Source of the DNA: Longimicrobiales bacterium
GTDB lineage: Bacteria; Gemmatimonadota; Gemmatimonadetes; Longimicrobiales; Gaopeijiaceae
Reading direction: 5' to 3'
DNA length: 64,000 nucleotides
NCBI GenBank assembly: GCA_965116905.1
Contig: OZ220732.1
Location: forward strand, 384,001-448,000
Below are positions 30,358-40,120 of the stretch, piece after piece. Under the pieces are notes generated by a model. The model ran no database searches, was not told the DNA's origin, and saw only the letters and a program-made list of their open reading frames with translations. Position 1 is the first letter of the stretch, and each line of letters begins with the position of its first letter. Made by a program: the position numbers and the translations under genes.

Positions 30358-30578
30358 ACGTCCTCCAGTGCGTCGCGCACCATGTCGGAGGTGAGCGGCG
30401 ATGCATCAGGCCCCACATCGAAGACCGGGAATCCGTCGGCGCGGACAGCGGGCTCGCGCGGACGGAGCGCCTCCCGAACCAGCATGGACAGTACGGTCCC
30501 CATGCTCTCGCCGCGTTCGCGGGCGATACTCCGGGCCGCTCGGTAGACGTCAGGGTCCAGCGTCAGTGTCGTTCTCAT
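30354..30578 (-). CDS. vapB: VapB-type antitoxin
   Basis: MRTTLTLDPDV...ESMGTVLSMLVREAL...GFPVF. Confidence 0.85.
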   Translation of the reverse strand: MRTTLTLDPDVYRAARSIARERGESMGTVLSMLVREALRPREPAVRADGFPVFDVGPDASPLTSDMVRDALEDV

Positions 30579-30588
30579 GGTGTGTAAC

Positions 30589-30617
30589 ATCATAACATCA
30601 CCGCATCATGATGTCAT
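30589..30617 (-). promoter_or_regulatory. Second vapBC promoter with TGATG repeats
   Basis: ATGACA-17-TATGAT, 10 nt before ATG; palindrome CATCATGATG at 30604-30613. Confidence 0.55.
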
Positions 30618-31016
30618 CTTCGCGTCCAGCGTCATCTCGTCCTCGTCGATGGTGCCCCACAGGAGCAGGGCCGCCGCCGCGATGATCGCGGACGGGTAGA
30701 AGAGCACGTTCGAGCCCTCCAGGACCCAGCCCCACGGGTCGATGATCGACTTCCAGACGCCGAGCGCGGTGATGGCCACGACGATGAACGCCACCGGGTA
30801 CGCGCGCCTGCGCCACAAGCCCAGGACGACCAGGGCCCCGAGGATGATCTGGAGGACGCCGAAGACGTTCTGGACGATCGCCTGCGTGCCGATCCCGAGG
30901 TAGAACGCCTCCGCGACGGCCTGTCCGTGCGCGACGTTCACGAGCTTGTCGAGTCCCCACATGACCAGCAGCCAGCCCATGGTCACCCGCAGAAGGAAGA
31001 GTCCCCAGCGTTTCAT
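30606..31016 (-). CDS. DoxX family membrane protein
   Basis: LLRVTMG.....WGLDKL plus four hydrophobic helices. Confidence 0.75.
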   Translation of the reverse strand: MKRWGLFLLRVTMGWLLVMWGLDKLVNVAHGQAVAEAFYLGIGTQAIVQNVFGVLQIILGALVVLGLWRRRAYPVAFIVVAITALGVWKSIIDPWGWVLEGSNVLFYPSAIIAAAALLLWGTIDEDEMTLDAKMTS

Positions 31017-31079
31017 GATTTGCCCTTTCGTGTGGCAGGTATCCTGAACGCCGACCCGGTCGGCGTTCCGTCTTCCGTG

Positions 31080-34000
31080 CTACCGTCCCCCGTTCGGCCT
31101 GCGCCAGCGCACCGGCGGCGGCGGCTCGTCCGCGAAGGTCACTTTGCCGCCGCTGTCCAGCAGGCGCAACGCCTCGCGCACAGCCGTCTCCAGCTGCGGG
31201 TCGCCACCGGCGATCACCGGGGCGGGGTCGTTGCGCACCTCGATGTCGGGCGCCACGCCCTCGGCTTCCACGGCCCACTCGCCGTTCACGTCGAAGAAGC
31301 CGCCCCGCGGGGCCACGAACCCGCCTCCGTCGATGAGCGGCGGCGTGTCCCAGGTTCCGACCAGCCCACCCCACGTCTTCGTCCCGACCAGGGGACCGAT
31401 CCCCCGGAAGCGGAACAGATACGGCAGGAGGTCGCCCCCCGACCCCGCGCGCTCGTTGATCACCATGACCTTGGGTCCGAAGAGACCGGCCATCGGCTGG
31501 GTCCAGGGCTTGCGGTCGCCGGCGCGCGAGTTGAAGTAGCCGGTGAGCTCGCGGTCCAGCATGTCCACGATGTAGTCGGCCGCAGACCCCCCGCCGTTGT
31601 TGCGCTCGTCGATGACCGCACCCTCGCGGTCCTGCTGCGCGTAGAACATGCGGTTGAAGTAGGTGTACCCGCCCTGGCCGGTGTTGGGTAGCCACACGTA
31701 GGCCAGACGGCCGCCGCTCATCTCGTCGACGCGTGCCTGGTTGGCCTCGACCCACGCCCAGCGCCGCAGCTGGCCCTCGTTGCCGGTGGGCTCGACCACG
31801 ACGTTGCGGGTGTCGTCGGCGGAGGGTGAGGACGCCACGGTCAGCGTGATGGTGCGGCCGGCGGTGCCTTCGAGCAGGCGGTAGGGATTGGCGGGCGCGC
31901 GCAGTTCGGCCCCGTCGATCGCGAGCAGATAGTCGCCTTCGTGCACGTCCATCCCGGGATGCGAGAGCGGTCCGGCCAGCCCGGGCGTCCAGTCGCCTCC
32001 GTCGTAGATGCGGGTGATCCGGTAGAAGCCGTTTTCTTCCTCGAGGTCGGCGCCGAGGAGGCCGGTGCGCGGGTTGTCCAGGTCCGGGTAGTCACCGCCG
32101 CGCACGTAGGAGTGCCCGACCGCGATCTCGCCCGAGAGCATGTCCAGCAGCTGGTTGAAGTCCGAGCGGTGCCGCACGTCCGGGAGCCACTCCGAGTACC
32201 AGTCCCAGACGTCGTCCCACGGCGCCCCGTGCTGGTTGTCGACGTACAGGAAGTCACGCATGAAACGCCAGCCGTCGCGGAGCATCTGCGCGTATTCGGC
32301 CGTCGGTTCCACGCGTACGCGCAGGTTGCCGAGGCTGAGCGCGCCGTCGCGGCCCGAGGGCGGACGGGCGGTGCTGACGATGTTCCAGCCCCCGCTGTAG
32401 TAGAGCAGGCTGCCGCGGTCGTGGGAGACGGCGAGGCGCCCGCCACTCTCGAGGAAGTCCTCGGCCTCGCGCTCCTCGATCGAGTACTTGAGCACGGGGC
32501 CACCGCCGAAGCCGCCGCTCTCCAGGACGAAGACCGATCCGGCGGGTCCCGGCACCAGGCCCGCGTAGTCGTCCACGTCCAGACCCGGGGCGTCGATGAT
32601 GCGCGCGGCGATGTTGTCGAAGTCGATGACGACTGCGGGCGGGTCGTCGGGGTCGTCGGCAGAGTCGTCGCCAGCGTCGTCGCCGCCGGCCTCCTCGTCG
32701 CTCGCGGGAAGAAAGGGGGACGGCTCGTCGGCGCTGAGGAGCGCGAGGTAGAGGGCGCGCGTCACCGGCCGTTCGTACGAGGTCATGTCCAGCCAGCCGG
32801 TGTTGAGCGCGAAGTTGGTGGAGGCGAGGAAGTAGAGGTACTTGCCGGACTCGTCCCATACCGGCGTGATCGCGTCCGACATACCGTCGGTGAGCTGGCG
32901 CGTGTCGCCGGATTCGGTGTCGTGCACGAAGACCGCGCGGAGCTGGTTGTCCAGCCGCCGGGCGTACGCGAGCCACCGCGAGTCGGGGGACCACACGGGG
33001 TTCATGGTGCGCTGCGGGTGCGCGAAGCGGTCGGTGTCGACGTGGTCCACCTCGCCGGACTCGAGCTCCAGCACCAGCACGCGGTAGTGGGTGTCGGTGA
33101 ACGCCAGCCTGGTCCCGTCCGGCGACCACTCGGGGCGGAAGTAGAAGGACGGCTCGGGGATCTCGATTCGCCGCGGGTTCGATCCGTCCTGCGCGGCGAT
33201 CACCAGGCCGTACTCGTCGCCGTCGTCGTTGAACCAGGCGACCTGCGATCCGTCCGGCGACCAGACGGCGTGCCGGTCGGCCACACCGGGGCTGCGGGTG
33301 AGGTTGCGCCACGATCCCTCATCGGCGGGCACGCTGAAGAGCTCGCCGCGCCATTCGAATAGCGCGCGCTTGCCGGTGGGCGAGAGGCGGGCGTCGCGGA
33401 GTTGGACCGCCGGGACGGACTCCCAGCGCGGGCGGGACCAGTTCATGTCGCCGGTCACGTTGATCACGAGCTGGCGTGAGGCGCCGCTGGCCGGGTCGAG
33501 TTCGTGCAGGTAGCCGGCCTGCTCGTAGACCACGGCGCCGTCGCCCGCACCGAGGGACTTCACGTCGAAGTCGGCGTGGCGCGTGAGCTGCCGCTCGGTG
33601 CCGGTGTTCGGGTCGAACGACCACACGTTGCTCGCCCAGTCGCGCTCGGACATGTAGTAGACGACGCCGTCCATCCACACCGGGTCCATGTGGCGTTCCC
33701 CCTCCCAGGGCGGCGTGGTGCGCTCCCAGGTCGACGTCGACACGATGCCGATCGGCTGCGCCTGGCCCCCGCGGTAGTTCCGCCACTCCGGGTCCCAGTA
33801 GCCGATCTCCTGGTACGCGATGTGCGCGCCGTCGGCGGACATGCCGCCCAGATAGGCCTGGGGCAGCGCGAGGGGCGCGGGCAGCCCGCCCTCGGGCGAG
33901 ACCGTGTAGAACTTCCAGAGCTGCGTGGGGACTCCGTCGCGCCCCGACTGGAAGAGGATGTCCCCTTCGGGCGTCCACCCCTGCACGACGTCCGCCGACG

Positions 34001-34397
34001 GATGCCAGGTGAGCCGCGTCGGCTGTCCCCCCTCGACAGGCATGAGGTAGACGTCCGTATTGCCCCCGTACTGGCCGGAAAACGCGATCCAGCGCCCGTC
34101 CGCGCTGAAGGCGGCGTCGGTCTCGGCGCCGTCGGAGCTGGTGAGCCGTGTCGCGTCGCCCCCGTCGCGCCCGACCAGCCAGAGGTCGTTGGCGTGCGTG
34201 AAGACGATGTGGGTGGCGCTCACGTCGGGCTGCCGCAGGAAGCGCGTGCCCTGGGCGTGGGCGGGGGCGGGGGTGAGAGCGGTGAGCAGGGCGGTCAGCA
34301 GGACGGCGAGGGAGGCCGAGCCTGCCAGGGTGAGGGTCGGGGCGGGGTGGCGCGGGGAGGGGGCGGGGTGGCGCGGGGATGGGGCGGCGTGGGACAT
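31080..34397 (-). CDS. Tricorn-like S41 protease (PD40 propellers, PDZ, S41)
   Basis: FLRQPDVS, repeated WSPDG, IDERNNGGG, AGSGGD and KTWGGLVG. Confidence 0.93.
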   Translation of the reverse strand: MSHAAPSPRHPAPSPRHPAPTLTLAGSASLAVLLTALLTALTPAPAHAQGTRFLRQPDVSATHIVFTHANDLWLVGRDGGDATRLTSSDGAETDAAFSADGRWIAFSGQYGGNTDVYLMPVEGGQPTRLTWHPSADVVQGWTPEGDILFQSGRDGVPTQLWKFYTVSPEGGLPAPLALPQAYLGGMSADGAHIAYQEIGYWDPEWRNYRGGQAQPIGIVSTSTWERTTPPWEGERHMDPVWMDGVVYYMSERDWASNVWSFDPNTGTERQLTRHADFDVKSLGAGDGAVVYEQAGYLHELDPASGASRQLVINVTGDMNWSRPRWESVPAVQLRDARLSPTGKRALFEWRGELFSVPADEGSWRNLTRSPGVADRHAVWSPDGSQVAWFNDDGDEYGLVIAAQDGSNPRRIEIPEPSFYFRPEWSPDGTRLAFTDTHYRVLVLELESGEVDHVDTDRFAHPQRTMNPVWSPDSRWLAYARRLDNQLRAVFVHDTESGDTRQLTDGMSDAITPVWDESGKYLYFLASTNFALNTGWLDMTSYERPVTRALYLALLSADEPSPFLPASDEEAGGDDAGDDSADDPDDPPAVVIDFDNIAARIIDAPGLDVDDYAGLVPGPAGSVFVLESGGFGGGPVLKYSIEEREAEDFLESGGRLAVSHDRGSLLYYSGGWNIVSTARPPSGRDGALSLGNLRVRVEPTAEYAQMLRDGWRFMRDFLYVDNQHGAPWDDVWDWYSEWLPDVRHRSDFNQLLDMLSGEIAVGHSYVRGGDYPDLDNPRTGLLGADLEEENGFYRITRIYDGGDWTPGLAGPLSHPGMDVHEGDYLLAIDGAELRAPANPYRLLEGTAGRTITLTVASSPSADDTRNVVVEPTGNEGQLRRWAWVEANQARVDEMSGGRLAYVWLPNTGQGGYTYFNRMFYAQQDREGAVIDERNNGGGSAADYIVDMLDRELTGYFNSRAGDRKPWTQPMAGLFGPKVMVINERAGSGGDLLPYLFRFRGIGPLVGTKTWGGLVGTWDTPPLIDGGGFVAPRGGFFDVNGEWAVEAEGVAPDIEVRNDPAPVIAGGDPQLETAVREALRLLDSGGKVTFADEPPPPVRWRRPNGGR

Positions 34398-34508
34398 CGG
34401 CTGGGACTCCGGGCGGATGGGGAGGGTGTGGCGCTGGTCGGGAAAGCTGGCAGGTTGTGGGGCGGGGGCAAGTGGGGGAGTTGGCGCCCACAACGACGAC
34501 CGCCCGTT

Positions 34509-34901
34509 TCAGCCCCCCCGCCGTTGGCGATGGTTCCTGGTCTCCCGCACCGCGATTGCCCTTGCCTCCGCAGCATCCAGTCTGGCGCCTGAACGCGCCT
34601 GGGCCACGACGCCCTTGGCCTCTTCGCGTTCCCTGCGCACCTTCGCCAACTCGAAGCTCGCCTGCATTCGCATCCAGTGATCAGCGCTACCCCAACCAAT
34701 GGCCTCTAATGCCAAGGCCATTGTCGGAGATACTCCTGCCCGGCCGTTCAGTAGGCGCGATAGTGTTCCCCTTTCGCACCCCAGGTGCTCCGCCGTCTCC
34801 GTGACGCTCCATCCGACCTCCTCCATGCTCTCCCGGATCAGTTCGCCCAGGTGCGGCGGATTCAGCATCGGACCTACGTGCTCGCTGCCGGTAGCACTCA
34901 T
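34509..34901 (-). CDS. higA: HigA-type HTH antitoxin
   Basis: PPHLGELIRE...LSRLLNG.AGVSPTMAL...WMRMQASFEL. Confidence 0.88.
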   Translation of the reverse strand: MSATGSEHVGPMLNPPHLGELIRESMEEVGWSVTETAEHLGCERGTLSRLLNGRAGVSPTMALALEAIGWGSADHWMRMQASFELAKVRREREEAKGVVAQARSGARLDAAEARAIAVRETRNHRQRRGG

Positions 34902-34920
34902 ATTCAATTCTCCTGATCGG

Positions 34921-35193
34921 TCAGTGGTAGTCGATCAGGTCCACATCCACGGCTTCGCGATCCTCGAAACGGAACACCACGCGCCAGTTGCCGGATACGC
35001 GCACCCTCCATTGGCCCAATCGATCGCCCTTCAACGGATGCAATCGAAAGCCTGGAGCATCGGCGCTGCCGGGATGCGTCGCTTCCTGTAACCGGAAGAG
35101 AATCCGTCGAAGCCGTGGCACGAGATGCGGTGGCAACCGGGCCCGATCGTCCCGCTCGTGCAGCGCCCGCAGCCCCTTGTGCCTGATCTTCAT
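34921..35193 (-). CDS. higB: HigB (RelE-family) toxin
   Basis: IRHKGL, RLHPLKGD, VSGNWRVVFRF and DYH; toxin-first gene order. Confidence 0.92.
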   Translation of the reverse strand: MKIRHKGLRALHERDDRARLPPHLVPRLRRILFRLQEATHPGSADAPGFRLHPLKGDRLGQWRVRVSGNWRVVFRFEDREAVDVDLIDYH

Positions 35194-35198
35194 CGGAG

Positions 35199-35233
35199 AT
35201 TGTAAGGTGAGGCGCTACACGCTGCAAGTGTAG
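35199..35233 (-). promoter_or_regulatory. higBA promoter/operator (apparently leaderless)
   Basis: TTGCAG-17-TACAAT-5-ATG; IR CTACAC-N7-GTGTAG flanking the -35. Confidence 0.65.
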
Positions 35234-35413
35234 TCACCCAACCCTCCCCCACGTCACCCCGCCCCCTCGCCGCCAATCACCCCCAATCCGCTTGCGCCCC
35301 CGCCCACCCCTGCCCCATTCTGTCCTCCCGGTCTGCGGCGGCGCTGCTCAGGCGCGAGGAGTCGGTCGGCGCGGGCCGCAGACTCGTCCAACTACCCTTT
35401 GCTGGAGGCGCCC

Positions 35414-35883
<470 letters not shown>

Positions 35884-35887
<4 letters not shown>

Positions 35888-38241
35888 GCGGCAACGGCAC
35901 CGGAATCGGCGCATCGGTCAAGCGCAAGGAAGACACCCGCTTTCTGACGGGGCGCGGCCGTTACACCGACGACATCAATCTGCCCGGGCAGCTGTACGGG
36001 TACATCCTCCGCTCGCCGGTCGCGCACGCCAACATCGGCGGGATCGACACCAGCGCGGCGATGGCGGCGCCGGGTGTGCACGCGATCTTCACGGGCAAGG
36101 ACATGGAGGGCGTGGGCGGCATCCCGACGGGGTGGCTGATTCACAGCAAGGACGGCTCGCCGATGGTCGAGCCGGCGCATCCGGCGCTGGCGCTGGGCAA
36201 GGTGCGTTATGTGGGGGACTGCGTCGCGATCGTCGTCGCCGAGACGAGGGAGCAGGCGAAGGAAGCCGCGAACCTGGTCGACGTGGACTACCAGGACCTT
36301 CCGGCGGTGGCCTCGATCGAGGCGGCCGAGGCCGAGGGGGCAGCGCAGGTCTTCGACGAAGCGCCCGGCAACGTCTGCTACGACTGGGAGGTGGGCGACA
36401 GGGCGGCCACGGACGCGGCCTTTGAGGAAGCCACGCATGTGGTCTCGATCGACGTGGTCAACAACCGGCTCATTCCCAACGCGATCGAGCCCCGTGCCGC
36501 CATTGCCAACTACGACCCCGCGACGGGGGACTACACCCTCTATACCACAAGTCAGAACCCCCACCTGATCCGTCTGCTCCTCGGTGCGTTCGTACTCGGG
36601 CTGCCGGAGCACAAGCTGCGGATCGTGGCACCGGACGTGGGCGGCGGATTCGGCTCGAAGATCCCGCACTACGCGGAAGAGGCGATTCTGACGTGGACCG
36701 CCGGACAGCTGGGGCGGCCGGTGAAGTGGACGTGCGAGCGGATCGACGCCTTCAAGTCGGACACGCACGGGCGCGATCACATCAGCACGGCCCGTCTGGC
36801 CATGGACGCGGACGGCAAGTTCCTGGGGTTGCACGTCTCGACCAGGGCGAACCTGGGCGCGTACCTGTCGACGTTCGCCACCTGCGTGCCGACGTACCTG
36901 TACGGGATCCTGTTCGCGGGGCCCTACACGACGCCGGCGGTCTACTGCGAGGTCAAGTCGTTCTTCACGAACACGGTGCCCGTGGATGCACTGCGCGGCG
37001 CGGGACGGCCCGAGGCGACGTACCTGCTCGAGCGGCTGGTCGACAAGGCGGCCGCGGAGCTCGGGATGGACCGGGTGGAGATTCGCCGCAAGAACTTCAT
37101 CCGCGAGTTCCCGTACCAGACGCCGGTCGCGCTGCAGTACGACCAGGGCGACTACGACGCGACGCTCGATCTGGCGCTGGAAGCGTCGGACTGGGCGGGC
37201 TTCGAGGCGCGGCGGGCCGAATCGGCGGCGCGCGGGAAGTGCCGCGGCATCGGGATTTCGACCTTCATCGAGGCGTGCGGGATCGCGCCGTCGGCGGTGG
37301 TGGGGTCGCTGGGCGCGCGGGCCGGGCTGTACGAGTCGGGCAGCGTGCGGGTGCATCCGACGGGCTCGGTCTCGGTCTTCACCGGGACGCACAGCCACGG
37401 GCAGGGGCACGAGACCACGTTCGCGCAGATCGTCTCCGACATGCTCGGGGTCGACTTCGATGCGGTGGACGTGGTGCACGGCGACTCGGCCAAGATCCCG
37501 TTCGGGATGGGGACGTACGGCTCGCGCTCGCTGGCGGTGGGCGGGACCGCGATCTACCTGGCCGTCGAGAAGGTCATCGAGAAGGGCAAGAAGATCGCCG
37601 CGCACCTGCTGGAGGCTTCGGCAGAGGACATCGAGTTCGAGAACGGGTCCTTTACCGTGGCCGGGACGGATCGGTCGAAGTCGCTCGGCGAGGTGGCGCT
37701 GACCGCCTACGTGCCGCACAACTACCCCGAGGGGCTGGAGCCGGGGCTGGAGGAGACGGCGTTCTACGACCCGCTCAACTTCACCTTCCCGGCGGGCACG
37801 CACGTGGCCGAGGTCGAGGTGGATCCGGAGACGGGCGAGGTGGAGGTCGTCGCGGTGACGGGGGCCGACGATGTCGGGCGCGTCATCAACCCGATGATCG
37901 TGGCCGGCCAGCTGCACGGGGGGCTCGCGCACGGGATCGGGCAGGCGCTGCTCGAGGAATGCCTCTACCAGGAGGACGGGCAGCTGCAGACGGGGTCGTA
38001 CCTGGACTACACGATGCCCCGCGCGGCGGACCTGCCGTCCTTCAGCATCAACCACAACACGACGCTCTGCACCCACAATCCGCTCGGCGTGAAGGGGGTC
38101 GGTGAGGTGGGATCGATCGGGATTCCTCCGGCGGTGATCAACGCGGTGATCGATGCGTTGCGCCCGCTCGGCGTGAACGACATGGCGATGCCCGCCACCT
38201 CGCAGAAGGTGTGGCAGGCGATTCAGCAGGCCCGCGGCTAG
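35884..38241 (+). CDS. coxL: Form II CoxL-like molybdopterin subunit
   Basis: S-L-M gene order; active-site loop [21 protein letters not shown]. Confidence 0.88.
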
Positions 38242-38277
38242 CGGCCCGCGGACAGAGACGAACGGGAGACGAGACCT

Positions 38278-39078
38278 GTGAACGATTTCACATACCACGC
38301 ACCGACATCGTTGGACGAGTTGCTCGCGGCCCTGCGCGGCGGCGGTGACGGCGCGAAGCTGATCGCGGGCGGTCACAGCCTGCTGCCGGTCATGAAGCTG
38401 AACCTTGCCGCACCGACCGACCTGGTGTCGCTGGCGGGCGTGCCGGGGCTGGGGGACATCGCCGACGGAGGCGACTCGGTGACGGTGGGGGCGATGTGCT
38501 CCCACGCGCAGGTGGCCGGGTCGGCGGTCGTGCGGGCGAGGATTCCGGCGCTGGCCGCGATGGCCGACGGGATCGGCGACGCGCAGGTGAGGAACGCGGG
38601 CACGATCGGCGGGTCGGTGGCGCACAACGACCCAGCCGCGGACTACCCGGCGGCGTGTGTGGCGCTGGGGGCGACGATCGTGACCGACCGGCGCGAGGTC
38701 CACGCCGACGACTTCTTCCAGGGCATGTTCGCGACCGCCCTGGCCGACGACGAGGTGATCACGGCGGTGCGGTTCCCGGTGGCGGCGCGCGCGGCCTACG
38801 CGAAGTTCGCCAACCCCGCGTCCAAGTACGCGGTGGCGGGTGTGATGGTCGCCGACGGGCCCGCCGGGGTGCGGGTGGCCGTGACGGGCGCATCGGGTGA
38901 CGGCGTGTTCCGGGTGGCCGAGATGGAGGCCGCGCTGGGGGCGTCGTTCAGTGGTGAGGCGGTCGCCGGGGTTGCGGTGTCGTCCGACGGGATGCTGTCG
39001 GACACGGCGGCCGGCGCCGACTACCGGGCGCACCTGGTGACGGTCATGGCGAAGCGCGCGGTGGAGGCTTGCGGATAG
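38278..39078 (+). CDS. coxM: CoxM-like FAD subunit
   Basis: AGGHSLLPVMK, QVRNAGTIGGS and DPAADYP. Confidence 0.9.
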   Translation: MNDFTYHAPTSLDELLAALRGGGDGAKLIAGGHSLLPVMKLNLAAPTDLVSLAGVPGLGDIADGGDSVTVGAMCSHAQVAGSAVVRARIPALAAMADGIGDAQVRNAGTIGGSVAHNDPAADYPAACVALGATIVTDRREVHADDFFQGMFATALADDEVITAVRFPVAARAAYAKFANPASKYAVAGVMVADGPAGVRVAVTGASGDGVFRVAEMEAALGASFSGEAVAGVAVSSDGMLSDTAAGADYRAHLVTVMAKRAVEACG

Positions 39079-39148
39079 CGGCGGGCGCTGGAAGCCTGCG
39101 GACAGCGGGCGCCGCCGCCTGCGAGACTGGCTGCGGGCCGACGGTAGC

Positions 39149-40120
39149 GTGACGCCTCGCCAGCAGGCCCCCGGGCCGCGTCCGGCCTCGGTCGAGGACG
39201 CGGTCGCGCTGTTGCGCGGCCAGGGCTACGTGGCCGACGTGGGCCTCGGCACGGCCCTGTTCCTGTCGCTGGAGCTTGGGCGTCCCCTGTTGCTGGAGGG
39301 AGAAGCCGGCGTCGGCAAGACCGAGGTCGCGAAGACGCTGGCGGCAGGGCTTCGGCGGCCGCTGATCCGGCTGCAGTGCTACGAGGGGCTCGACCTGGCG
39401 TCAGCGGCCTACGAGTGGAACTACGCGAAGCAGATGATCCATATCCGGGCGGCGGAGGGTGGGGGCGGCCCGGCTTCGGGGGTTGGCGAGGCTGGTGCGG
39501 CCGCCGGACCGCCCGCCGACACCGGCGCCGCGCCCGCCAACCTCGCCAGCGATGTCTTCTCGGACGACTTCCTCATCCGCCGCCCCCTGCTCTCGGCGCT
39601 CGACCCCGCGGACGGTGTCGCCCCGGTGCTGCTGATCGACGAGCTCGACCGCACCGACGAGCCCTTCGAGGCCTACCTCCTGGAGGTCCTCTCCGACTTC
39701 CAGATCACGATTCCGGAGATGGGCACGGTGACCGCCGCAGAGGCGCCCCACGTCGTGATCACGTCCAACCGGACCCGCGAGATTCACGACGCCCTCAAGC
39801 GCCGCTGCATCTATCACTGGATCGACTACCCGACGGCGGCGCGCGAGCTTGAGATTCTGGCCTCGCGGGTTCCGGATGCTCCCGAGCAGCTCGGCCTTCA
39901 GGTGGTCGCGTTCGTCCAGAAGGTCCGCGAGCTCGAGCTGTTCAAGCGGCCTGGAGTGGCCGAGACGCTCGACTGGACGCGGGCGCTGATGGCGCTGGAC
40001 CGCCACACGCTCGACCGGGAGACCGCGCACCGCACGCTGGGCGTGCTGCTCAAGTACCAGGACGACCTGGAGCAGATGGCGGAAGGCGGGGTGGAGGAGG
40101 TGATGGGGACGGTGCGCTAA
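39149..40120 (+). CDS. coxD: MoxR AAA+ ATPase (CoxD-like)
   Basis: GEAGVGKT, RLQCYEGLD, LIDELDR and DALKRRC. Confidence 0.9.
   Translation: MTPRQQAPGPRPASVEDAVALLRGQGYVADVGLGTALFLSLELGRPLLLEGEAGVGKTEVAKTLAAGLRRPLIRLQCYEGLDLASAAYEWNYAKQMIHIRAAEGGGGPASGVGEAGAAAGPPADTGAAPANLASDVFSDDFLIRRPLLSALDPADGVAPVLLIDELDRTDEPFEAYLLEVLSDFQITIPEMGTVTAAEAPHVVITSNRTREIHDALKRRCIYHWIDYPTAARELEILASRVPDAPEQLGLQVVAFVQKVRELELFKRPGVAETLDWTRALMALDRHTLDRETAHRTLGVLLKYQDDLEQMAEGGVEEVMGTVR

Noticed and set aside
23597..30617. Mobile element bounded by the two vapBC modules
   Set aside because: No integrase, transposase, terminal repeats or compositional shift seen.
35340..35400. Moco riboswitch upstream of coxS
   Set aside because: Only a weak GC-rich stem; consensus elements not recognised.
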